Positions 56,187-64,000 of a stretch of DNA of 64,000 nt are shown here, piece by piece (position 1 is the stretch's first letter; each line of letters begins with the position of its first letter). This DNA is from Betaproteobacteria bacterium. GTDB lineage: Bacteria > Pseudomonadota > Gammaproteobacteria > Burkholderiales > Usitatibacteraceae. The notes beneath the pieces were generated by a model, which was not told where the DNA came from, made no database searches, and worked only from the letters and a program-made list of their open reading frames with translations. A program made the position numbers and the translations under genes. The stretch spans positions 1,380-65,379 of the forward strand of contig JBDTWS010000002.1 of NCBI GenBank assembly GCA_040006575.1. The letters are read 5' to 3'.

Positions 56187-56927
56187 ATGATTTTTCAGGA
56201 GAACGCTGTGGGCAATAAGGAAATTGAACACCTGGAATCAATTAGTGCCTTTTATGAAAAAGGCGACTACATGGATGAGCTGATGATTGATCGGGAAATC
56301 GACATAATCAAGCGATATGCAACCGCCGGCAAAAGCGCGCTGGAAGTGGGGTGTGGCAGCGGTTCCTCCACCGAAAAGCTGTGCGGGCTGTTCGAAGATA
56401 TTGAGGTCATCGAGCCGTCAAGGAAGAACATTGCCTTGCTGAAGGGGAGAGTGCCGGGCGTCGTTTGCCATGAGGCGCTGCTGGAGGATTTTTCGCCTTC
56501 CCGGAAATTCGACTTCATTTTTTTCCTGAACGTCATTGAGCACGTGGAGGATCCGGTTGCATCCCTCAAGATCCTCGCCGGCCTGGTCAAGCACGAGGGG
56601 CTGATCTTTATTTCGGGTCCAAATTGCATGTCCCTGAATCGACGTGCTGGGTACAAGATGGGTCTGTTGGAAGACTACGAAAAAATGGCGCCAAAGGACA
56701 TTGAGGTCGGCCATCGCCGGCTTTATACGGTGGCGATGTTGCAGGATCATTGCGATCAGGCGGGATTGAGGGTGCTCGACATGAAGGGGATGTACCTGAA
56801 ACCGCTTTCGGAAAAGCAGATGATTGCCCTGGGTGATGAAGCCGTGCGAGCCTTTTATGCGATCGGGGAGGACATCCCGGAATATTGCGCAAGCCTCCTC
56901 GCGGTAGCGACCCGTAAATACTATTGA
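56187..56927 (+). CDS. class I SAM-dependent methyltransferase
   Basis: SAM motif I ALEVGCGSGSST. FFLNVIEHVEDP. Paralogous to ORF 59521..60273. Confidence 0.8.
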   Translation: MIFQENAVGNKEIEHLESISAFYEKGDYMDELMIDREIDIIKRYATAGKSALEVGCGSGSSTEKLCGLFEDIEVIEPSRKNIALLKGRVPGVVCHEALLEDFSPSRKFDFIFFLNVIEHVEDPVASLKILAGLVKHEGLIFISGPNCMSLNRRAGYKMGLLEDYEKMAPKDIEVGHRRLYTVAMLQDHCDQAGLRVLDMKGMYLKPLSEKQMIALGDEAVRAFYAIGEDIPEYCASLLAVATRKYY

Positions 56928-56990
56928 TTGCCCGGAGGGTTTCCAGAGCCAAGTATTGGCGGGCGGCAATTTCAAGAATGGTGGGTAAAC

Positions 56991-57953
56991 GTGTTTCGAT
57001 GGAAAAAACAGGGGCTGGTCTTCAAGCCCCAGGCAATTGAAGGCAGGCCTTGGCTAAGGGAGTTTGCGCAAGCGCCTTCGGTATTGATCTTCGATGATTT
57101 TGTGCGGGTCTATTTTTCCTGCAGGCCGGCGCCGGATGCGCGCGGGCAATATACAAGTTATTCCGCCTACGTCGATTTGAACCGGCGCAATCTGTTTGAG
57201 ATCGTAAATATTGCCAAAGCGCCCATCCTGGAATTGGGCGAACTGGGAACGTTCGACGAGTTTGGAACCTACCCGGTATCGGTGATCAGGAATGGCGTCG
57301 ATGTACTCGCCTACTATGGCGGCTGGACAAGGTGCGAATCGATTCCCTTTACCGTATCCATCGGCGCTGCGGTCAGTCGCGACAATGGTGAGAGCTTCAC
57401 GAAGCTCGGGCGCGGGCCGCTTTTGACGTGCAACATCGATGATCCGTTTGTACTCAGCGGACCCAAAATCAGGCGATTCAATGATCAGTGGTGCCTGTGG
57501 TATGTCGCCGGGACGGCGTGGCTGGAAAATGACGGCAAGCCGGAAGCGGTCTACAAGATTCGCATGGCAACTTCAGACGACGGCCTTAACTGGGCAAGAA
57601 GCGGCAAAAATCTGGTTGAGAACAAATTGGAGGAAAACGAATGCCAGGCGAGTCCGGACGTCTTCTTCCACAACAATAAATACCACATGTTTTTTTGCTA
57701 CAAGTACTGCCTCGATTTCAGGAATAACGACCGGGGCTATCGTATTGGCTATGCCGTTTCCGACGACATGGTGAACTGGATTCGGGACGACACAAAAGCG
57801 GGTATCGATATCTCGCCGGAGGGATGGGATGATCAATCCATCTCCTATCCACATGTGTTTGCGCTGGATGGTGACATTTACATGTTCTATTTAGGAAATG
57901 CGGTTGGCCGATATGGATTTGGGCTCGCGCAACTGGAAGGTCATCTTTCATGA
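56991..57953 (+). CDS. uncharacterised protein, predicted beta-propeller glycosidase/phosphorylase-like fold (paralog 1)
   Basis: The GTG at 56991 aligns its N-terminus (FRWKKQGLVF) with the paralog's MKWKKLGKIF. There are repeated W/D/G-rich blade-like segments (WCLWYVAG, YHMFFCY, IYMFYLGN). The fold call rests on pattern only. Confidence 0.5.
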   Translation: MFRWKKQGLVFKPQAIEGRPWLREFAQAPSVLIFDDFVRVYFSCRPAPDARGQYTSYSAYVDLNRRNLFEIVNIAKAPILELGELGTFDEFGTYPVSVIRNGVDVLAYYGGWTRCESIPFTVSIGAAVSRDNGESFTKLGRGPLLTCNIDDPFVLSGPKIRRFNDQWCLWYVAGTAWLENDGKPEAVYKIRMATSDDGLNWARSGKNLVENKLEENECQASPDVFFHNNKYHMFFCYKYCLDFRNNDRGYRIGYAVSDDMVNWIRDDTKAGIDISPEGWDDQSISYPHVFALDGDIYMFYLGNAVGRYGFGLAQLEGHLS

Positions 57954-57972
57954 TCCTGGTCCCGACACCGCT

Positions 57973-58926
57973 ATGAAATGGAAGAAACTGGGAAAGATAT
58001 TCGACCCGACGGAACATCGCCTGTCGAACAACTGCAAGGAATTCGCCCAATCACCCCAGGCATTGGTATTTGACGACTTCGTCCGTATCTATTTCTCAAC
58101 GCGGGAAAGGGATGCGATGGGGAAATACCTGAGTCATATTTCATTTGTCGATATGGACAAAGACTTCAGGACAGTGATCAGGGTATCGACGGAGACGGTC
58201 ATCAGCCTGGGTGCGTTGGGCAGCTTTGACGAACACGGCATATTTCCGATGAACGTCTGCAAGGTCAATGACAAGGTACTTGCCTACACCACGGGCTGGA
58301 ATAGAAGGGCATCGGTGTCCACCGATGCCGCAATCGGCTTGGCCATCAGCGATGACGACGGCGTGACGTTTCGCAAGGTCGGCAAAGGGCCGGTATTGAC
58401 GCCTTCACTGAATGAACCTTTCCTGGTCGGCGACGCGTTCGTTGCCGTATACGGCGGCACGTATCACATGTGGTATGTCTTCGGCACGAAGTGGGCGCGC
58501 CAGTCACCGGAGGGCGTACCCGAGAGAGTCTATAAAATTGCCCACGCCACTTCCGGCGATGGCATCTCCTGGATCAAGGAGGGCCGGCTGTTGATCACCG
58601 ATAAACTGGATGCCGACGAGTGCCAGGCGCTTCCCACGGTGACGTTTGTAGATGGCCGTTATCACATGTTTTTTTGTTATCGGCATGCGACAGACTTCAG
58701 AAAAAACCGGGACAGGGGGTATCGAATCGGCTACGCCGTTTCCGAAGACCTGGTGAGCTGGACTCGGGACGATGACAACGTCGGGATCGATGTGACGGAC
58801 GGCAGTTGGGATTCGGACATGTTGTGCTACCCGCATGTTTTTCAAATGGATGGCGGCGTGTATTTGCTGTACAACGGAAACGAGTTTGGCCGCCATGGTT
58901 TCGGCCTGGCGAAGCTGGAAAATTAG
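57973..58926 (+). CDS. uncharacterised protein, predicted beta-propeller glycosidase/phosphorylase-like fold (paralog 2)
   Basis: ATG at 57973. Collinear with the preceding gene over its whole length, for example EFAQSPQALVFDDFVRIYFS versus EFAQAPSVLIFDDFVRVYFS, and RGYRIGYAVSEDLVSWTRDD versus RGYRIGYAVSDDMVNWIRDD. Confidence 0.5.
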   Translation: MKWKKLGKIFDPTEHRLSNNCKEFAQSPQALVFDDFVRIYFSTRERDAMGKYLSHISFVDMDKDFRTVIRVSTETVISLGALGSFDEHGIFPMNVCKVNDKVLAYTTGWNRRASVSTDAAIGLAISDDDGVTFRKVGKGPVLTPSLNEPFLVGDAFVAVYGGTYHMWYVFGTKWARQSPEGVPERVYKIAHATSGDGISWIKEGRLLITDKLDADECQALPTVTFVDGRYHMFFCYRHATDFRKNRDRGYRIGYAVSEDLVSWTRDDDNVGIDVTDGSWDSDMLCYPHVFQMDGGVYLLYNGNEFGRHGFGLAKLEN

Positions 58927-58954
58927 CCGCGCGCATATATCGGGAGACAGCCAA

Positions 58955-59515
58955 ATGAATATCAGGGGAAAAGTGCTGACGTTAAGGGCCATTGAGGAAC
59001 GTGACCTTGCGTTGTTGCACAAATGGGCAAACGATCCCGTGACCCAGGACGGAATTGGTGAATTGCACTTTCCGAGCTCCATGGATTTCCATAGTGCGTG
59101 GTTCCAGAATTTGAAACAGGACCGGCTGAACCAGCGGTTTGTGGTCGACGTGCCGGAGGTGGGGATCATCGGCATTTCCAGTATCGTCAATATTGATTGG
59201 CGCAATAGCCATGCCTGGCATGGCTTGGTGCTGGGTGAGGCCCAGCATCGAGGCAAAGGCTATGGCGTAGACGCGATCATGGCGACGATGCGATACGCCT
59301 TTGAAGAAATGAATCTTGAGCGGCTTGACGGGTCGATGATCGAATATAACGAACAGTCGATCGCTACCTACTGCGGAAAAAAACTGGGTTGGAAAGAGGA
59401 GGGGCGAAAGAAGAATTACTTCTTCAGGAAGGGCCGGTACTGGGACCAGGTCATTGTGGGTATTACCAAACAGGATTACCTCAATTTGGTAAAAGAAACG
59501 AAGTACTGGGCATAG
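58955..59515 (+). CDS. GNAT-family N-acetyltransferase (RimJ/RimL/PseH-like)
   Basis: ATG at 58955. LRAIEERDLALLHKWANDP; HRGKGYGVDAIMATMRYAFEEMNLERL (acetyl-CoA motif A). Confidence 0.8.
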   Translation: MNIRGKVLTLRAIEERDLALLHKWANDPVTQDGIGELHFPSSMDFHSAWFQNLKQDRLNQRFVVDVPEVGIIGISSIVNIDWRNSHAWHGLVLGEAQHRGKGYGVDAIMATMRYAFEEMNLERLDGSMIEYNEQSIATYCGKKLGWKEEGRKKNYFFRKGRYWDQVIVGITKQDYLNLVKETKYWA

Positions 59516-59520
59516 CGACG

Positions 59521-60273
59521 ATGGAGACGATGAAATCACCACCCGACAATCATCAGGAGTCGTCGGCCGCCGCCCAACCAAGGTATGCATACGCCTTTGA
59601 TATCGACGTGATGCACCCTTTCATGCTGCGATCGTTCGAGCCGTTCTTTAACAAGGGCAGCCTGCTTGAACTTGGCAGTCACAAGGGCGATTTCACCCGG
59701 CGATTTCTGTCCCGTTTCGATGATGTGACCTGCGTCGAAGCGTCGGAACCCGCACTGGCAGAGGCGAAGCAGGCGCTGGGAAACAAAGTGACGTTGATCC
59801 ATTCGACGTTTGAGACGGTCACGCTTCCCCGACGCTACGACAACATTATCCTGACCCACGTATTGGAACACCTGGACGACCCGGTGCTGGTGCTGAAGCG
59901 CATAAACGATGAGTGGCTGACGGACAACGGCAGGCTCTTCCTGGTTTGTCCGAATGCAAACGCGCCATCGCGGCAGATCGCCGTGAAAATGGGACTGATA
60001 TCCCACAATGAAGCGGTCACGCCGGCGGAGGCCGAACATGGTCACCACGTCACCTACACATCGCACACGCTTGAACGCGACGCCGTTGCCGCAGGATTGC
60101 GTGTAGTCCATCGATCAGGAGTCTTTTTCAAGGCATTGGCAAATTTCCAATGGGATCGCCTGCTCGCCACGGATATTATTTCAAAAGAGTATCTGGACGG
60201 TTGCTACCAACTTGGGCTGGCGTATCCCGACTTGTGCGCCAGCATTTTCCTGGTATGCGAGAAGGGCGAATGA
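59521..60273 (+). CDS. class I SAM-dependent methyltransferase
   Basis: ATG at 59521. LLELGSHKGDFT (degenerate motif I). ILTHVLEHLDDP. Paralog of 56187..56927. Confidence 0.8.
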   Translation: METMKSPPDNHQESSAAAQPRYAYAFDIDVMHPFMLRSFEPFFNKGSLLELGSHKGDFTRRFLSRFDDVTCVEASEPALAEAKQALGNKVTLIHSTFETVTLPRRYDNIILTHVLEHLDDPVLVLKRINDEWLTDNGRLFLVCPNANAPSRQIAVKMGLISHNEAVTPAEAEHGHHVTYTSHTLERDAVAAGLRVVHRSGVFFKALANFQWDRLLATDIISKEYLDGCYQLGLAYPDLCASIFLVCEKGE

Positions 60274-61413
60274 GTGGCGACTGACACTGGCAACATGAGT
60301 CATCGCGAACAGCTGGGTAGTGCCGAACGGCCCATCCTGATTTTCCCCGGTGGCATGCCGCGTTCGCTTGAATACTTGCAAAAGTGCCTGCGTGACGAGC
60401 AGGCTGTCATTGGCGCATCGTCGCTCGACTACGATGTATCGCGGGAGCAATACCCCCAATGGCTCTATCTCCCGTATATCACCCAGCACGACTTCAATGA
60501 CGCGTTAAAGCAACGCATCCAGGAGTTCAACATCGGCGGCATTTTTTCACCCAATCCGGTGGTCTGGAACTACCTGAGCCAGATACTGAATGAGCTGGCC
60601 CCCGGGGTTGTACTGGTCAACGACTCCCCGGTGAATACCGAGCTGGCCGGATATCGCACGGCGCGCGAACGCGCGCGCGTGTTGCTTGAAAATCCCATTC
60701 CATTGGCGTCTGCAGTCGAGTGCAAGGCGTCCGTATCCGCCATCGAACTTGCTGCCTTGTTCCGGCACACGGCAACGATACCGGGCATGTGCGACGACGA
60801 AAAACTCAACGCCTTGTGCGAAATCGCCCGCTTTTGCCCGCCCGGTGACATAGTGGAAATCGGCAGCTGGTGGGGGAAATCAGCGTTCGTGTTTTCACGA
60901 TTGGCACATTGCTACGACATCGGAAAGTTGTTGTGCGTTGATCCGTGGTCAAACGAGCATTTGGTCCAGCATGACGACAAGGGTCTCGTCGATGGCGGAT
61001 CCGCGCAGGTAGATGCAAGCGAAGCGCTGCTTGTTTTTGAAATGAACCTGCTTCCCTATAATTTGAATCATGTGAATTACTTGCGCATGCCGTCGACAGA
61101 GGGGGCGAATTACTATCGTGAGAACCAGGTTGTCACCACACCATCATTTGGGACGACGAATTATCGCGGCCAGGTCGCGATACTGCACGTCGACGGCAAT
61201 CACAGCTACGCCGCCGCGAAAGGCGACGTTAGCGCGTGGAGCGCCTTTGTTATCGATGGCGGCTGGATAATTGTTGACGACTATCTTTGGCCGTATGGCG
61301 ATGGTCCGCAACGGACTGGCGATGAATTCATCGCTGACAATTTCGAGAGAATTGATGTTGCGTTTGTGATGGGTGGCGCGCTGTTCATTCAGCTGTCATC
61401 TCGCCTCGTCTAG
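60274..61413 (+). CDS. fusion protein: N-terminal domain of unknown function + Methyltransf_24-like class I methyltransferase
   Basis: The C-terminal half contains DIVEIGSWWGKSAFV ... LHVDGNHSYAAAKGDVSAWSAFVIDGGWIIVDDY, typical of the O-methyltransferase/CmcI-like family. GTG at 60274 directly follows the previous stop; an alternative ATG lies at 60295. Confidence 0.65.
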   Translation: MATDTGNMSHREQLGSAERPILIFPGGMPRSLEYLQKCLRDEQAVIGASSLDYDVSREQYPQWLYLPYITQHDFNDALKQRIQEFNIGGIFSPNPVVWNYLSQILNELAPGVVLVNDSPVNTELAGYRTARERARVLLENPIPLASAVECKASVSAIELAALFRHTATIPGMCDDEKLNALCEIARFCPPGDIVEIGSWWGKSAFVFSRLAHCYDIGKLLCVDPWSNEHLVQHDDKGLVDGGSAQVDASEALLVFEMNLLPYNLNHVNYLRMPSTEGANYYRENQVVTTPSFGTTNYRGQVAILHVDGNHSYAAAKGDVSAWSAFVIDGGWIIVDDYLWPYGDGPQRTGDEFIADNFERIDVAFVMGGALFIQLSSRLV

Positions 61414-61680
61414 GGGCCGAATGGGCGCCGCGTCGTCGTATCGTGTAGCCCGCGAGACCTGACTTTTAGTGTCCCGGGTATATTTCGCCATCGACCAATC
61501 GGCGAATAACAGCCAACTCATTCCGCGTTATGCATTTTATTTCCGGTAAGTCATGCGTAAGCGCGTGATCGTTACGCTGACGACCAGTTAGCCCACCGCC
61601 AAGGCCGCAACATGAAGGGTAGCGGCCGAAAGTGCCGGCAGCTCTGGCGCAGGCCAGTGCTGAAAACCCGAACAGAATTG

Positions 61681-64000
61681 ATGAAGACCATGAAATTTCT
61701 TCGCGAGTGTTTTGTGTCCTGCCTGGTGCTTTCGTCCGGCCAAATATTTGCGCAGGCCGGTGTCGCCGATCCACTAAGTTTGCCGACGCCGCGGCCCGCA
61801 TCAAAGGGGGCGTACCAATGGGGAATCGAAATGCTCAAATTCGATCGTGCACGGGCGTTGACCAAGGGTCGCGCGCACATCTCGATCGTGGACACAGGCT
61901 ACGTCGACCACCCCGAGTTGCAACCCGGGCTTGATGGAAACCTGCGGCTGCATATTTCTCAACCGCTATCCGAAGCTCCTTCGCCGCCGCCAAATTATCA
62001 CGCGACCATGGTCGCGAGCGTTATGGCGGCACGTGGATTTGACGGGAAAGGTATCTCCGGTGGCTGTCCATATTGTTCGCTTTCGCTCCACAACCTGGTC
62101 GACAGCCCGGCCTATTTCGCCCCCATCCGCGCAGGCGCCTCCGTAATCAATTTCAGCGTCGGCTATGGCGGCAATGCCACCGATGAACCACTGTCCTGCA
62201 ATGTGCCTGGACAGGTATTTGGTTGTGATGCGATGGCCCGTGCGGCGGAACGTGAAATTGTCATGGTCGCCATTGCACAAAATCAGGCGAACTATGGCGC
62301 CGCGCCGACCAGCAACCGCGTTCCTTTCCCGGCAAATTATCCCAGCGTCATCGCGGTGGGGGGACTTGAACCGGACGGATCATTCTGGACGCACGGCTAC
62401 GAATTGACTGGTAACGCGGGCTCCAACTGGGGGCCAAAAATCCGCCTGGTGGCACCGGCGAAAGACGTGCTGGTCGCACAGAAGTCCAATACATATCTTT
62501 ACGGCATTACCAGCCTGCGCTGTGGCGACCGCGTCGATTCGACGCTGGGTGAAGCGGTCTCGCTGCCAGCCGCCTATGCCGGCTATGGCGACTGTACCGG
62601 CACCTCGTTTTCTGCACCCTTTGTCAGTGCTTTGGCCGGCTTGATCCGCTCAGCCAATCCGTTGCTAAGCGCGGTGGAAGTGCGCGAAATAATGTACCAG
62701 ACAGCCACCCAACCGGTGCTGGGTCCGACAGGCTCGGGCCTGGTCTTCTATATTCCCAATGCCGAGAGCGCGGTACAGGCGGCCCTGGGCGGCACCGCCA
62801 CCAACCGCGTTACGCCGATGTTCACGCTGTACAGCACGCCCAGCCAGGAACATCTCTACACAAGCAGTCCACAAACCGCGTTGGCCGCGATCGCCGGTGA
62901 GTTCAAGTTGCAGAGCCAGGCATCGGCGGCCGTCTACCAGAGTTTCGGCAACGCCATTCCCGACTATGCGCTATTGACCGGGAAGCTGTGCGACACCAAC
63001 GGCGCCAATTGCAACCAGCCGGTGGCGCGTTCATTTTTCAATGTGTTCACAACGGAGAACAGCCCCGTTGGCGGCACAGCGCTGGCGCCTCTCTATCGAA
63101 TGAGCCAAGTGTGCCTGGCGGGTGCAGCAGGCTGCAAGACAGTGCGCGCATTCGCCTACGCGACAGATCGCACACAAGTCCAGGCATTGGAAGCAAAGGG
63201 CTATGTGGTCGATGGTGTTGAAGGCTTTGTCTATTCCGGCAGCGCTGCCAAGCCTGCCAATAGTTTGAGTCTCTGTTCGGCATTTGATCCGGCACGCGTC
63301 GATACCATTCTTTATGCGTCACCCACCTGTACGCAATCGCAACTCGTCAATGCCAATGGCGAATCGACCGGCGGCACTTACCAGTCGAACACGCTGATCG
63401 GCTATGTCCCGGCGGCTGGGGCAATCGCCAGCGTCAACTACACAGATCTTTGGTTCAATGCGGCTGAATCCGGCTGGGGGATCCACATCACCCAGCACGG
63501 ACAGCAATTGTTTGGCGCCTGGTTCACCTACGATGAACAGGGCAACCAATTGTTCCTGACGATCTCCGGCTGCAACATCCAGGCCTTTGACGGTACGACC
63601 TGTTCAGGCGACCTGTATCGCACCACCGGCCCATCGTACAAGGCGCCGCAGTTTGATCCCGCCGCCGTGGGCGTCACCAAAATCGGATCGGCCACGCTGA
63701 CCTTTACCGGCCAGGACACGGCGAACTTCAACTATCGAATCGGCAATACCAACATTACCAAATCTATCCAGCGCCAGCCTTACGGCAGCACATTGCGGTC
63801 GGCGTTTCCGAGTGATCTCTCGGATCATTTCTTTAAATCCGATGCTGCGGGCTGGGGCGTGGCGATTGCGCAGCATGGCACCAAGCTATTTGCGGTGATC
63901 TATCACTACGATATCGACGGCAAACCGATGTTCATCACGCTGCCGGACAGCCAGGCCGCAGGCGATGTCACTTCGGGCAAGCTCTATCGCACGCGTTCAA
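61681..64000 (+). CDS. secreted subtilisin-like serine protease (peptidase S8) with long C-terminal extension; 3' end lies beyond the window
   Basis: Not in the supplied ORF track because it has no in-window stop. My own translation from ATG 61681 is open to nt 64000. Signal peptide MKTMKFLRECFVSCLVLSSGQIFAQA. Catalytic triad contexts are HISIVDTGY (Asp codon 61891), NYHATMVAS (His codon 61999) and GTSFSAPFVSALAG (Ser codon 62605). Confidence 0.85.
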   Translation, partial: MKTMKFLRECFVSCLVLSSGQIFAQAGVADPLSLPTPRPASKGAYQWGIEMLKFDRARALTKGRAHISIVDTGYVDHPELQPGLDGNLRLHISQPLSEAPSPPPNYHATMVASVMAARGFDGKGISGGCPYCSLSLHNLVDSPAYFAPIRAGASVINFSVGYGGNATDEPLSCNVPGQVFGCDAMARAAEREIVMVAIAQNQANYGAAPTSNRVPFPANYPSVIAVGGLEPDGSFWTHGYELTGNAGSNWGPKIRLVAPAKDVLVAQKSNTYLYGITSLRCGDRVDSTLGEAVSLPAAYAGYGDCTGTSFSAPFVSALAGLIRSANPLLSAVEVREIMYQTATQPVLGPTGSGLVFYIPNAESAVQAALGGTATNRVTPMFTLYSTPSQEHLYTSSPQTALAAIAGEFKLQSQASAAVYQSFGNAIPDYALLTGKLCDTNGANCNQPVARSFFNVFTTENSPVGGTALAPLYRMSQVCLAGAAGCKTVRAFAYATDRTQVQALEAKGYVVDGVEGFVYSGSAAKPANSLSLCSAFDPARVDTILYASPTCTQSQLVNANGESTGGTYQSNTLIGYVPAAGAIASVNYTDLWFNAAESGWGIHITQHGQQLFGAWFTYDEQGNQLFLTISGCNIQAFDGTTCSGDLYRTTGPSYKAPQFDPAAVGVTKIGSATLTFTGQDTANFNYRIGNTNITKSIQRQPYGSTLRSAFPSDLSDHFFKSDAAGWGVAIAQHGTKLFAVIYHYDIDGKPMFITLPDSQAAGDVTSGKLYRTRS

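Noticed and set aside
1-64000. Visual search for rRNA, tRNA, CRISPR arrays, IS elements, integrases, phage genes and defence systems (restriction-modification, toxin-antitoxin, Cas, abortive infection).
   Set aside because: No cloverleaf-like or repeat-spacer structures were seen in the intergenic regions (3615-3870, 15283-15446, 15858-16022, 17667-17864, 43130-43409, 61414-61680). No transposase, recombinase or nuclease-like ORFs were seen either. Small ncRNAs cannot be excluded without covariance-model searches.

Overview
High-GC proteobacterial chromosome segment. Sampled lines hand-count to about 60-67% GC, with two islands near 52%. Gene content and the Xps-like T2SS gene order suggest a beta- or gamma-proteobacterium. 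No rRNA, tRNA, CRISPR array, transposase or integrase was seen.

Layout:
1. 162-3614 (+): rfbBACD, the dTDP-L-rhamnose pathway.
2. 3871-15282 (+): a complete type II secretion system in the order gspE-F-G-H-I-J-K-L-M-(C/N-like)-D. The secretin is predicted to be lipidated.
3. 15447-19526 (+): a lower-GC island. It holds a small lipoprotein, a 547-aa signal-peptide protein that looks very highly expressed and that I cannot place in a family, and a He_PIG-repeat exoprotein.
4. 19596-28916 (+): a periplasmic parvulin PPIase, wzm/wzt O-polysaccharide ABC exporter genes, and two large TPR + GT41 (OGT/SPINDLY-like) proteins. The first has two modules and is translationally coupled to wzt.
5. 28921-37225 (-): GT4, SDR epimerase, GT2, FkbM methyltransferase, msbA, GT9 heptosyltransferase and a GT-B-like protein.
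6. 37343-43129 (+): O-antigen-ligase-like protein, GT2 and a tricorn-like S41 protease.
7. 43410-51179: housekeeping block (XRE HTH, GNAT, IMPase, rsmE, argA, yggX, phoU, rpiA, ilvA).
8. 51228-61413 (+): a second, lower-GC glycan island. It opens with a SEC-C-motif/14-TPR/GT41 protein, followed by a tightly packed 8-gene sugar-tailoring operon.
9. 61681 to the window end (+): an S8 subtilase that is missing from the supplied ORF track because it has no stop codon in the window.

Most interesting hypotheses, all inference:
- Blocks 1-4 may form a dedicated secretion, anchoring and glycosylation locus for a surface-array (S-layer-like) protein. This would resemble the Aeromonas S-layer/T2SS/O-antigen arrangement.
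- The four GT41-like domains, one fused to a SecA-type SEC-C zinc motif, may form a cytoplasmic protein-glycosylation system acting on secretory proteins.
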